Shown: positions 41,424 through 53,834 of the stretch, in pieces
Numbering within the stretch: the first letter of the stretch is position 1
Layout of the letters: each line of letters starts with the position of its first letter
Source of the DNA: Octopus vulgaris
Taxonomy: Eukaryota
DNA: 64,000 nt
Assembly: GCA_951406725.2 (NCBI GenBank)
Contig: OX597820.1
Coordinates: 3,472,001 to 3,536,000, forward strand
Direction of reading: 5' to 3'
The notes under the pieces: model-generated
Databases searched by the model: none
Seen by the model: only the letters and a program-made list of their open reading frames with translations
What the model was told of the DNA's origin: nothing
Program-made: the position numbers and the translations under genes

Positions 41424-41884
41424 ATATATGTATATGTTAAGGCAATTGAAACAATTGTCGGATTTTCAAGGTGTGATCTAAAATAAAAATATGATTTTAT
41501 TTATACATCTAATTGGTTAGGCAAAGTGGCTGAGTTCTTTTCGAGTGTTGGGCCTCACAGAGGCAAAGTGGCTGAGGCCTTTGGCCTTATGTCAGGCTTG
41601 AGAAGAAGACCCATCGAGCTGAGTAAAATCTCAGTCATGGTAGATAGTGGTGTCACACAAATGGCACCCGTGCCAGTGGCACTTAAAAGCACCCATTACA
41701 CTCTTGGAGTGGTTGGCATCAGGTAAGGGCATCCAGCCATAGAAAACCATGCCAAATCAGACTGGAGTCTGGTGCAGCCTTCCAGCATGCCAGTCCAGTC
41801 AAACCGTCCAACCCATGCCAGCATGGACAACAGATGTTAAATATTGATGATGATGATATATATATATACACACACACATATATG

Positions 41885-41952
<68 letters not shown>

Positions 41953-42022
41953 CATGTATGTATATATACATGTATGTATATATATATATATATGTGTGTG
42001 TGTATATATACATGTATGTATG

Positions 42023-42073
<51 letters not shown>

Positions 42074-42112
42074 ATGTATGTATATATATGTGTGTGTGTG
42101 TATACATATATG

Positions 42113-42155
<43 letters not shown>

Positions 42156-42169
42156 ATATATACATGTAT

Positions 42170-42214
<45 letters not shown>

Positions 42215-42950
42215 CAACTGGCTTCCGGTTGGACTTGTGACTATAGTAGAAGACACTTCTCTAATGGTGCTGTGCAGCAGGACTGAACCTGGGACCATAT
42301 GTTTTCAAAGCAAGCTTCTTAACCACAATGCCACTAAATGTTTCTGGGAGTAAAATATTTCGTTTACTCTTATGACATATGGTAATGAGAAAACAGGATA
42401 TAAAATTACTGTCACCCCCACCACCACCACCCCCACCACCACCACCACCACCACTACTACCACCGCTACAGTTGTTGATGATACTGTTTTTTATATTGTT
42501 GATGTTGTTGTTATTTATTTAGCCCCAGGCAAGGTTTTGGATTAACCATACCTATGATCAAAAGTATTCTTGCCTTAACTACACAAAGGTCCACGTTAAG
42601 GCCAACTGGTGCCCTAATCACAGCTAAGGGAATGGTACCCTCATGCCACCACCACCACCACCACTCTCCCCACCCATTGTCATGCCAACAGGACAGTAAA
42701 ACATAGAGATCCGAAACCCTTCAAGTCTTTAGCTGGAAAACCTCCAATAAACGCTGCTTTTCAAAGCAGCCATTTCAAGCAAAATTCTCATTAACAAGTT
42801 TATGGCTGAAATGGCAACAAAAAGATCAAATGAGTGATTTAATATCCATTAAATAGGTTTGTGTTGTTGTGTTGGATGTAAACCTGATTGACACTGGATG
42901 AAGATTAGCTCAGGTGTCCAGAGAGTAAGACAATTAACAGCAAAGTAGAA

Positions 42951-42981
<31 letters not shown>

Positions 42982-43047
42982 TGTGTGTGTGTGTGTGTGA
43001 GAGAGAGAGTGTGTGTGTGTGTGTGTTTGTGTGTGTGTGTGAGAGAG

Positions 43048-43085
<38 letters not shown>

Positions 43086-43147
43086 TGTGTGTGTGAAAGT
43101 GTGTATGTGTGTGTGTGTATGTGTGTGTGAGTGTGTGAGAGTGTGTG

Positions 43148-43199
<52 letters not shown>

Positions 43200-43469
43200 G
43201 TGTGTGTGTAAGCAAAGGAGGGGCTTGTTCTAAATTCCCTATAACAGATGCAAGTAGAAACTTTACTGAAAAGTAACATTCATTGCCATTCCAACATGGC
43301 TGTTCTGTACAGAACAGCCATTTTGAAGTGGCAACGAACATTATATTTATTCTTTTTCTTTAAATCGAGGCATCATTCAGTCAGGCTGATTACCCGAGCC
43401 AGCCTCACTACATCTCTCCATCCCTCCCTTTTTTATTCTTTTTTCTTCTTTTTGCCATGCAGCTTCCCT

Positions 43470-44020
43470 AAATGTAACGGCAAAATCGAAATTTGCCAGA
43501 TGCAAGCGTTCTGTTAAAGTATCAACTTTCAGTGTAAGAACTTTGAAATCTGCATCTCAAATATCAGAACTTGCTGCATCAGCTATCAACTTTCAAAATG
43601 ATGTCTTGTGTGTACGGGAACAGCGTCCCTTCCCTGATGATCATGATTCAAAGCACCGTGATCTCTATAACAACTGGACCTTTGTGTCTGTATCTTCATA
43701 GAAAGGTTCTGTTAATAGCATCATCGGCTGTGTAGGATTATTACTCAGCCCGCATCCCCTGAAATCACTAAACAGCATTGAGAAAATAACATCTAGAATA
43801 AGGGTCGCTAATTTCGACGGCAACCCTTCAACTGGGGTCATCTGCTGCTTCAGCCCAACAAACGTCAGCGATGAACAAGAGGTCATAAATTTTTACAATG
43901 ACCGATCGTCTCTTGTATGATCCATACCAAAACACATCTTCATCATTAGCAGAGAGATGAATCAACAATTAGGCCATGACGATACACATCATAAGTACTC
44001 GTTCCAGCACACCTCAAACA
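43470..44020 (+). mobile_element. RTE-like LINE, AP-endonuclease fragment
   Basis: STFSVRTL...IIGCVGLLLSPHPLKSLNSIEKITSRIRVANFDGNPSTGVICCFSPTNVSDEQEVINFYND. Confidence 0.75.
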
Positions 44021-44546
44021 TCATATATATATATAAATAAATGTAGGGATGGTATTATTAAAATACCATCACAAGTGGTAAGCGAATTCTCAGCCGTACA
44101 GGCAAATTAATAAAATATATACATACAATATTAGATATGTACGTATATACACAAGAGTACTACATGAGTACCTATATCGCTAATGATAGAAGTCAAAAAA
44201 TACTTTGGTACCACCGAATAGTCACAAATCTATTACAGACAAGATAGGAAAAAAATATCAGTGATATATATAAAATATATATATATAAAATATATATATA
44301 TGGCAAAAAAGAAAATGGAGAAGATACAAAAACGACATATATCAGCCGGTAGACATTTGCCGTATAAATTAAGGGTAAACCACTTTTTTACCCCTGCCCA
44401 TATATAACACTCGATTGTGAGATTGCCACGCAATAACTAGGACTTGGATATGAATAACTGGGTACACTACTACCAGCAGTATATTGGATAGCTACTATCC
44501 CTTGGTTGGTTTCTCAACCTCTAATTCACACAGAAATATATATGTG

Positions 44547-44607
<61 letters not shown>

Positions 44608-44814
44608 TGATTTCTTAAGTAACCAGAAGACAGAGTTAATATTAATCTTTATTTTGTACAATGGTTGTTTCAACCCACCCTGCTAGTGTCCCTTATGGGT
44701 GGGACTCTGCTCAGCATGTTGTGTTGATCCATTTTATTCCCTCACCAGACAGGCATATAACAACATGATAGCCAAAACTCAGGATCTTTAGCGAGACACT
44801 ACTTTATATATGGA

Positions 44815-45212
44815 CTAGCAGTATCGCCCGGCGTTGCTCGGGTTTGTAAGGGAAATAACTATTTAAGCATTTTTAGAGAGTTATAGCAAAAAAATAGCAA
44901 AAAAATGCATTAAAAATGGAAAAAAAATGATGGTAAACTTTTTTTTAAATCGTTGACTCATCGTAGACATTTTTAGAGAGTTACTTCCCTTATATAATAG
45001 CGAAAAAATGCATTAAAATGGAAAAAAAATGATGGTAAATTTTTTTTAAATCGTAGACTCATCGTAGACGTGCGCTAATACCCAGAAGGGCTCGATATGA
45101 ATCACGACTATAAGATACCCGGTTTTGGTTAAACTGCACCGCAAAATGTGGGAGTAGTTAGGAATCTAAATCGTAGGAGACAGACACACAACTTCACTTT
45201 TATATATAAAGA
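44815..45212 (-). mobile_element. Non-autonomous Helitron
   Basis: Minus strand A|TCTTTATATATAAAA ... CCCGAGCAACGCCGGG hairpin ... CTAG|T; inserted in AT with no TSD; ~100-bp internal tandem duplication. Confidence 0.85.
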
Positions 45213-45214
45213 TA

Positions 45215-45317
45215 TACCTGATGAGACCCAGACTGCAAAATGGATGCAACAAAACATGTTGAAAGGAATCCCACCCATAAGGGGACACTTGCAGAATGGG
45301 TCGAAACGACCGTTGTA
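45215..45317 (+). ncRNA. Hammerhead-ribozyme-like motif with enlarged stem II
   Basis: TAC-CTGATGA-GACCCA...TGGGTC-GAAAC-gacc-GTT-GTA; stem II extends via CTGCAA/TTGCAG. Confidence 0.65.
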
Positions 45318-45805
45318 CAAAATGAAGATTAATACCAAATCCATCTTCTCGATACTTAAGAAATTATTATTATGATTATCTCAACTAACACTGCGGAGTT
45401 CCTGAAGTAGATCCAAAGGAAATATAGCCCTGACTGTGGATGACACCAGGTAGCCACAAACTGTGACGGTGCTTTACTCAACACTTCAACACACAAATCG
45501 ACATTTACCCATTAGTCCAAAATATTAAATATATATATATATATCATCATCATCATCATCATCATTATTAACGTTCCAAACACTAACCACTCCAAGAGTG
45601 TAATGGGTGCTTTTACGTGCCACTGGCGTGGGTGCCATTTGCATGACACCAGGGTGCATTTATGTGTCACCAGCAGGGTACCAATTTGCATGGTACTGGT
45701 ATCTGCCATGACTGCAATTTTGCTCAGCTTGACGGGTCTTCTTTTCAAGCATGACATAATGCCATAGTCATTGTCTCCATGAGGTCCACCATTTGAAATA
45801 TATAC

Positions 45806-45838
<33 letters not shown>

Positions 45839-46189
45839 GATGCACACACACACACATACATACATAAACACATGTATACATATACATGGTATTTATATAG
45901 AGCATAAAAATTACAGAATACTAAGAAGAGAATAGATAATTTCTTAACTTTACAGCTGTTTCAGGAAGCTTGTTGTTAGGTTATGTACATGTGACTCTGA
46001 GTACCAGACATGCAAAACCCCTTCAATGATGTGTTCTGTACAATGCATGAGTTTTCTTTGTCTTTGTTGCACATAAATCACTTTTGTAATCAAAGATTTA
46101 TTTCATATTTTCATTGCGTTGAGGATAAAAATCTGCAAGCGTAAAAATATGTGAAATTTTTGTATTGCAAAAGGATCTTAGCTTCTTTT

Positions 46190-46637
46190 TGAATTGTTAG
46201 CATGCCAAGCAAAATGCTTAGAGGTATTTCATCTGCCTTAAGGCAGTGAGCTAGCAGAAACGTTAGCACGCCGGGCGAAATGCTTAGCAGTATTTCGTCT
46301 GCCGCTACGTTCTGAGTTCAAATTCCGCTGAGGTTGACTTTGCCTTTCATCCTTTCGGGGTCAATAAATTAAGTACCAGTTACACACTGGGGTCGATGTA
46401 ATCGACTTAATCCGTTTGTTTGTCCTTGTTTGTCCTCTCTGTGTTTAGCCTCTTGTGGGTAGTAAAGAAATAGGTATTTCATCTGCCTTCACATTCTGAG
46501 TTCAAATTTCGCTGAGATCTACTTTGCCATGGGGGTTGATAAAATAAGTACCAGTTATAGACTGGAGTTGATGTAACTAACTGATCCCCTTCCACAAAAC
46601 TTCCGGTATTGTGCCCAAATTTGAAACCAATATTATT
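46190..46637 (+). mobile_element. SINE A nested in an older SINE A
   Basis: TSD AGGTATTTCATCTGCCTT at 46222-46239 and 46472-46489. Confidence 0.9.
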
Positions 46638-46650
46638 CCTCTAATTTCAG

Positions 46651-46830
46651 ACCAAGTCAGACCCAACCAGTTCAATCAACAAAGACTGTGATGTAGAAGG
46701 TGGTATACGAAAACGGACTGGAATTTGGTATGCTTGTATTCTGGACAGTTCTTCCAGAATTGCCTTCCCTTTAATGTTTGCCCTTTTCAATCTAATTTAT
46801 TGGCCAACTTATCTAGGGAAAACAGACTAA
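46651..46830 (+). CDS. Cys-loop anion channel subunit, terminal exon (M4, stop)
   Basis: aatttcag acceptor; TKSDPTSS...[33 protein letters not shown] matches the M4 motif D..SR..FP..F..FN..YW. Confidence 0.93.
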   Translation, partial: [59 protein letters not shown]

Positions 46831-47455
46831 TTAAATCTTACCCTTCATAGCATCATTTTTATGAATTTCTGGACTTCATCCTAAGGATGGGATCTGTCCG
46901 GATAATTGGCTGTAAAAATTATATCCAAACCATTGTGCTTTGAAGAACATTGTTTCCTGACGGAAATATTTATTCAATTGTCTCCCAAAAGATTTCTTTG
47001 AATTCTTCTATTTTGTCTTCTCATCTTGTGTCTTATTTTCTCTCTTTCACAATTACCATATTTCGTGGCATAAAAAAGATGGAATTTGTTGAAGCAGAAG
47101 TCGTGTAGCCAGACGCCCCTTCTGTTGCCAACCTTTACCTGTTTGCAAGCAAGGTATTATTTCTCCAAAGCTAGACATGTTTTTCACAGAAGACTGAAAG
47201 CAAACAATCTTGCTAGTATGATGATGATGATGATGATGATACTCATTTACAACTATCACAAGATGTCCTGACAATGGTACGCACAAGCGCATATACATGC
47301 ACTCAAACACACACACTCACTAGATGAACCCTAATTTCAGCTGCACTTATTTGGGGTAAAACTTTTTGGGGGGTTTAAAGCTGACAGGAAACCCATCTTT
47401 GCATACAGGGCTCAGGGTAATTTTTTTGAGACATTATATGCAATTGAATACAGTA

Positions 47456-47513
<58 letters not shown>

Positions 47514-47943
47514 TAGAGATAAAACCACTATTAGGCAAATGAAACAGTGAAAAACATAAACCAAAACATAAAATAAAAATAATTAATATAATATACAAAA
47601 TATATTAAAAATATCAAATTTTAAATTTAAAATTATTAATTTATATTTATAAATTTTTATACTTTTAAAAATATTTCTTAAATTTAAATTAATAAATTAA
47701 AAGATTTTTAAACTTTTAAACTTTTTTTTATTTAAATATTTATATTTATACTGTGAAATTAGATTTAATCCTAAATCTAATTTTTCCTTGTAAGTTTGGA
47801 TTTACTCCCTAATATTATTATTATTATTATTATATATATATATACACATACATACATATATATATAAAAAATGTACTGAACCATGATAGAAAATTCAACA
47901 AAAAAGTATTCCATCTGATGAGAGATAAATATTATTTATTTAA

Positions 47944-48168
47944 CCCTTTCGATACCAACCTGGCTTACATAAGTTCTGAATTAAAATCTTCCACCAAACT
48001 TTAGTCACAATTTATGTTCCTAACACTAGCTTAATGATAACTAAGTTATTTTACTAAATTCCTTTAAAATTAATTGAAAAGAAACACAGAGCATCTCAAC
48101 AGAAATACAGTAATAATAATAATGAAATTATTGTATACAGTGCTCAGGTGCACCACAACATGAAAGAG
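47944..48168. mobile_element. piggyBac-type MITE
   Basis: TTAA|CCCTTTCGATACC ... GAAAGAG|TTAA; inverse relative at 52762-52944. Confidence 0.7.
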
Positions 48169-48179
48169 TTAAAGATCAC

Positions 48180-48930
48180 AATACATGAATTAAAGCGCTA
48201 CAACTAGTTTCATGTGTTGAGAAAACCTAAACATATTCTTCAGGTGCAAACCACATATCATATCGAACTAAAGAAATTGAATAACAGAAGCAACGCAAAA
48301 TACTGAGAAGGCAGCATATAGAAAATGCGGACAGTAAACAACGGAAAACGAAAAAGAGAAACTAAAACGTAAAAAATAAAAAGTAAAAAGGTAAAAGAGC
48401 TATCCTCCTGAGATGTTAAATGATAAAGCTGGAAAGATATCATATCAGTCAGGAATAGGCAGAATTTTCCAGTTCTTCAAAATACATTTATACATATGCA
48501 TGCAATCGCTGAATATTTCTGACCTGGAGTTCAATAGAGAGTTAAGGACCTTAGATCTGAACAGGATCTGAGTTCTTTCAGCCAAGCAAAGTCTACGTTT
48601 ATTCGATCCATTTACATGAGGAATGGATTTCTCAATTATTTTCCATTTAATCACATGTAGTGTTTCATTATCTTCCAAAGTCCACATGTAGCTAACCAAC
48701 TTAGCAGCTTTATTTTTTGTCCTTTTGTCGGAAGGAGGCTATGTGATTGGCAGAGCGATTTTTGTAAATCCTCCTTCACACATAATCCAGGATAGGTCTT
48801 CTTATCAGTTGTACTATTATTATGTAGGGTTGCAGTAACTTCTGCCTCATATACGATAAATTTAATCTTACATTGCTGGTCAAGTGGACAGAATCATGAG
48901 TCACGACAGTTGCAGCTGGATTCAGGCTCT
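48180..48930 (-). mobile_element. Penelope-like element 3' part (GIY-YIG endonuclease)
   Basis: CNCRDS..CPLDQQCK..FIVYEAEV...CEGG...KWKIIEKS...LCLAERTQIL...LLNSRSEIFSDCMH. Confidence 0.8.
48195..48247 (-). ncRNA. Minimal hammerhead-ribozyme-like motif in a Penelope 3' region
   Basis: Minus strand GCAC-CTGAAGA-ATATGTT...AACACAT-GAAAC-tagtt-GTA-GCGC; palindrome AACTAGTT in stem III. Confidence 0.6.
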
Positions 48931-50121
48931 TTGGTGTTGACCACGTGTAATGATACTCTTCATATTGGGGGTGTCAGGGAGATGAGTTGGTGGGGGAGAG
49001 ATTTATCAGGGACAGATTTGGTGGAGGAGCACAGGCATATATATATATCATATATATATATCATCATCATTTAATGCCCATTTTCCATGCTGGCATGGAT
49101 GGGTTGGATGGTTTGACAGGAGCTGGCAAACCAGAAGACTGCACCGAACTCTGCTGTCTGCTTCGACAATGGTTTCTATGGCTGGACGCCCATCCTTCCA
49201 TGCCAACCACTTTACAGAGTAGACTGAGTGCTCTTTATTTGTCTCCAGCAAAGTTATTAAGTAATTTGTAAGACAAAACCTCTTCAACTTGGGTGGGGGT
49301 GGCTTAGTGCCAGGGGATTAGAGGTTAGGGTGTGACAGTGGGGCAGAAATGGGGGGGTTTTGCTGTGGAGGAGATACATGACTACCTCAGTTTGAAAAGG
49401 AGAGGAAAGAGAGAGAGAAGGAAAAGATGGTAAAGAAAATGTATGAGCAGGAGGGGTTTATAAGTGAAGGGGTTCAAAGTTTATAAGTGAAGGGGTTCAG
49501 AAGATTGGACAGGATGAGCAGATGAGTAAGTTTGTGAGAATGGGAAAAGAAAAGAGGAGATGGAAAGAGGGAGGATGCAGTGAGTGACGAACACGGGTGG
49601 AGGGGAGGGTGTTAGGAAGGTGCACAGTGGGGCAGGAAAAGGGAGAGATTCATCAGGTGCAAATTTTGCACAGGTAAGTTTGTGAGATTGCAAAGGGGGG
49701 GGGGGAGGAGGGGAAGACAGTGAATGGTGAAGATGGGATGAGAAAGTGGTGGGTGTCAAGGAGTTGGTGGGGAGAGATTTGTCAGGGACAGATTTTGTGG
49801 AGGGGCATAGGCATGAAGGACATGCCTTCAGGGCCTCCATTTTACTTAGAGAGACGGGGTTTTCTAAAGCACAGCAAATCACCAACTGTCCCAGTCCTTT
49901 ATCCTCTCCTCTGTGAGACTCAACAGTTGGAGGTCATTTTTCCCACCTTTGTCTTCCTAGGGTTTCCTCTTCCACATTTAGCGACCGGTACTTCTTTATG
50001 TGGCTGTCTCCAGCCATTACATCACCATACCAATGCAGTCTTAGACACTCACACTAAAACTGATCTCTCTCCCTCCTCCTCCCCCTTTCTCTGTCTATAT
50101 ATATATATATATATATATATG

Positions 50122-50283
50122 CTGTATTTTAACATGTATAAGGGAGCCATTTTTGTCAAAAATTAGGTTAAAAAAATATGGGAGTTTCTTATACATGGAT
50201 AGCATTATAATTCATTACAAACCCTTTTTCCCAAATTTTAAGCCCCAAAAATTAGGTGGTTCCTTATACACACTAAAATACGG
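50122..50283. mobile_element. Short MITE with C(C/T)GTATTT...AAATACGG ends (relative at ~51048-51236)
   Basis: TIR CTGTATTTTAACATGTATAAGGGAGCC / GGTTCCTTATACACACTAAAATACGG. Confidence 0.6.
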
Positions 50284-50312
50284 CTTGTGTGTGTATATAT
50301 ATATATATATAT

Positions 50313-50818
50313 ATAGTGTAATAAATAAAATAAATGCATACATACATATATGTACGTACCTACATCTACATGTATATATATACGTGTGTACAGGACACCA
50401 CAAATAGACGTAGAACTCAATGAGAAATGAAAACGTAAAAACAAGCATGGAACAGACATTTTTTTAACAACGAAAAAACAGAGTACAAGACAAACAACAC
50501 AAGGAAAAATCCCCTTCATCAGCTGTCCTAGTTCAACTCCAGCGTGTTTCTCACCTTCGAAACACGCTGGAGTTGAACTAGGGACGGCTGACGAAGGGGA
50601 TTTTTCCTTGTTTAGTTTGTCTTGTACTCTGTTTTTTCGTTGTTAAAAAATCCGTTCCAGCTTGTTTTTATGTTTTCGTTTCTCGTTGAGTTCTACGTCT
50701 ACTTGTGGTGTCCTGTACTCACATATATAATATATATGCATGTATATATACATGTAGATGTAGGCACGTACATATATGTATGTATGTATGTATGCATGTA
50801 TTTTATTTATTACACTAT
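50313..50818. repeat. Near-perfect long hairpin, ~240-260-bp arms, 8-nt loop
   Basis: ...CTAGTTCAACTCCAGCGTGTTTC tcaccttc GAAACACGCTGGAGTTGAACTAG...; arms match out to ATAGTGTAATAAATAAAA/TTTTATTTATTACACTAT. Confidence 0.95.
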
Positions 50819-50885
50819 TGTATGACTGAGCACCCTCACGTCGATTCGTTTCGTTTCATTTTGTTTCTTTTCCTCCAAGTAAGTT

Positions 50886-50920
<35 letters not shown>

Positions 50921-52761
50921 CACTGTGTAGAGACACGGAAATGAAGAAAATGAAATTAAACTTGTCGCTTAAGTATATTCCACTTATCAACAAAGTTGAG
51001 TACATGAAACTCATTACTCACGCTATATATATATATATATATATATACTGTATTTGATGTCCTAAAAGATGCACAGGCATGTTAGATACACTCCTATTTC
51101 AGCATTGCATATTCAAGAAAAAGGTTTTTAGTGCTCATGGAAGGCCCAACTTTGCAATAATGAACCAAGGTAATTTTTTGAGACATTTTTTTTTTTTTTG
51201 CAGAAAACAATGTGTCTTATATGCCTTCAGATACGGTAATTTCAATTGTAAAAAACACGCAGAAAATCCATTGTAAATTTGGAATAAATCACTTGTTGGA
51301 ACCAGCAAGAAACTTTCTGATCATACACTGACGTTGTCAATCTTTTACTCTCAATAAAATGCCAGATGTTCTTTGTCCGTAACTTCTGTATTTTAAAGTT
51401 GTTTGACTTCCAGCCCAAGTTGGTAAGTTATTGTTATAGAACTTCAAAACTGTGTTGTGTGACATGTAACAAAGATCTATTTTGGTTTGGTTGACTGGAG
51501 AACAAAATTGTGTGTGAAGTCCAAATGTGAAAATATTCATTTCTTTATTAACACAGATATTGTTTTGCGCTGAGTGGGGGTGCTAGATGCCCTTGTTTGA
51601 AAATATGAGGACACAGATCGTGTCATATAGCCAGCTGGAGACGATGTCTCCTGAGGCTAAATTACAGCAACATTCATCCTAAACCAGGACTGCCATGTTA
51701 TGTTGGCAGATAATCTTTACTCCAAGGTACTGGTGCCAGGGGAGGCTGGCAGCGGCCACGATTGGTTGGTGCTATTTACGTGCCACCAGCACGGAAGCCA
51801 GTCAGGGCGGTGCTGGCATCGGCCACATTCGGATGGTGCTTTTTATACAAAATATGCAAAAATATGTGATTGGAGTTCAGTTACTGGAGTACCAGCCAGA
51901 TTCCAACATGAAGTGTTAATGGGGATATTGCCTGGATTAAGGAAGTTAAGCCATCCACTCAATCTAGAGTTACCCCACTTGGTATCTGGTACTGAAGAAG
52001 GAACAAATTGCTTGAAATGCATCTACCAGTTCATAGAGGGTGCTCTGAATTGACTCTGATGTTTTTAATACCATTTACCAAGTGAGAATTGTTCCCAATG
52101 GCAAGCCTCTTTACAGGTCAAATACGTCCCAGACATATTTGAAGGGATCCAAACTTTGACACCCACCCCTGCTTCATATGTATATACCCACATATATATG
52201 AATGCATGTGCTTTGTTTTACATTAACTAACAAAGATGTCCATTTCATAAAATGGTTTACTTCCAAATCACTGAATATTTTTGCTTAGCAATTAAGTTTT
52301 AATAATTTTTTTCTATGAATGAAACTTATTTTCAGTAAAAAATACCTTTTAAGCTAATTACAAGAGATTCTAAGTGTTTTCCTTAGAATGAGAATTTTTG
52401 GATATTTTCCAAAACGCATTCTTTTCAGAAAAGTGAGTCTTGTCATTTTCTTCAAGCTTCCCTGCATCTCTGAGATTTTAATGGTAAATAAAAAGATTCT
52501 GATATTTATTCCATACATTTTTGTGGCCTATATTTCCCAGATATTTGTATTGAAGTGTTTTCTTACCTTTTCCCTAGGTATGTACTAATGGGTTTAGAAA
52601 AAAATAATTAGTTTACAAGATGTCAATTTCTCTGTTTTGTATAAGAATGCTTCAACAATTCAGTTTCGTAATTCAGTTTCCATTTACACAGGGAGCAGTA
52701 ACACCAGTTCCCTGTACATTTAACGCTTTCATTTTAATTAGATGAGCTATCCTATAATTAA

Positions 52762-52944
52762 CCCTTTCGTTATAATATTTCTGTTGAAATGAGGAATTTA
52801 GAAAAATAACTTTGAAATTATTCAGCTTCTGTTTGAAACCGAAATTAGCAAGAAATATTGATGGCGGATGTTGAGACCATTTTAAAGCAGCAAAGTTTTA
52901 TCAAAGGACTGGGGGTGGCCTCAGGTGGGTTGGTATCAAAAGGA
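52762..52944. mobile_element. piggyBac-type MITE, degenerate
   Basis: TTAA|CCCTTTCGTTAT ... GGTTGGTATCAAAAGGA. Confidence 0.6.
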
Positions 52945-53834
52945 TTCAGGGATAATGGGGTATTGTTAATTTTGTACCTTTCCAAGAGGTTTCAATGATG
53001 TAAATGATGACGACCAACATCAACTGAGATTGAAACCAAGCCACAATGTTCACTTACCAGAAAACTACTTTCTGTCCTTCAGTTCTTACCATAATATGGA
53101 GTTAATCTATTTTAAATAATATCCACGATAAAGAAAAGACTGGCAGGAAGAGCGGAGGCTTTGTAAAGTGTAATGGGGGAGTTAGGGTTAGGGTTATCAA
53201 CAGAAACAACTAAAGTCTGGTTAATTGCGGTGGTTATGACTACATTACGCAAGATTGGACAAACGTAATTCTCTGAATAAGCTGGCAAGGGAGACAACTC
53301 TGGACGTTTCTGGATTCTTATGTTCCATCAGTTGATGTCCAGGTCTTACCACTGTTTGCCTTTCGGAAAGCAAAGAGTCTTTTATACAGAAATGTTTGTG
53401 AATAAACATTGAATCATCATCATCATCATCGTTTAACGTCCGTTTTCCATGCTAGCATGGGTTGGACGAACGACTGAGGGCTGGCGAACCAGATGGCTGC
53501 ACCAGGCTTCAATCTTGATCTGGCAGAGTTTCTACAGCTGGATGCCCTTCCTAACGCCAACCACTCCGAGAGTGTAGTGGGTGCTTTTAAGTGCCACCGG
53601 CAAGGGGGCCAGTCAGGTGGTACTGGCAACGATACTGGAGAATGAGATTAATTTTGTATGTTTTGTTTCAGTTACTGGACTGTGGCCATGCTGGAGTACC
53701 ACCTTGGAGGATTTAGTCAAAAAAAAATGAAACCCAGTATTTATGTATTTTTTAAAATCTAGTCCTTATACTGTTGATCTCTTTTGCTGACGTAAACAAA
53801 CCAACACTGGTTGCCAAGAGGTAAGGAGGATGCA

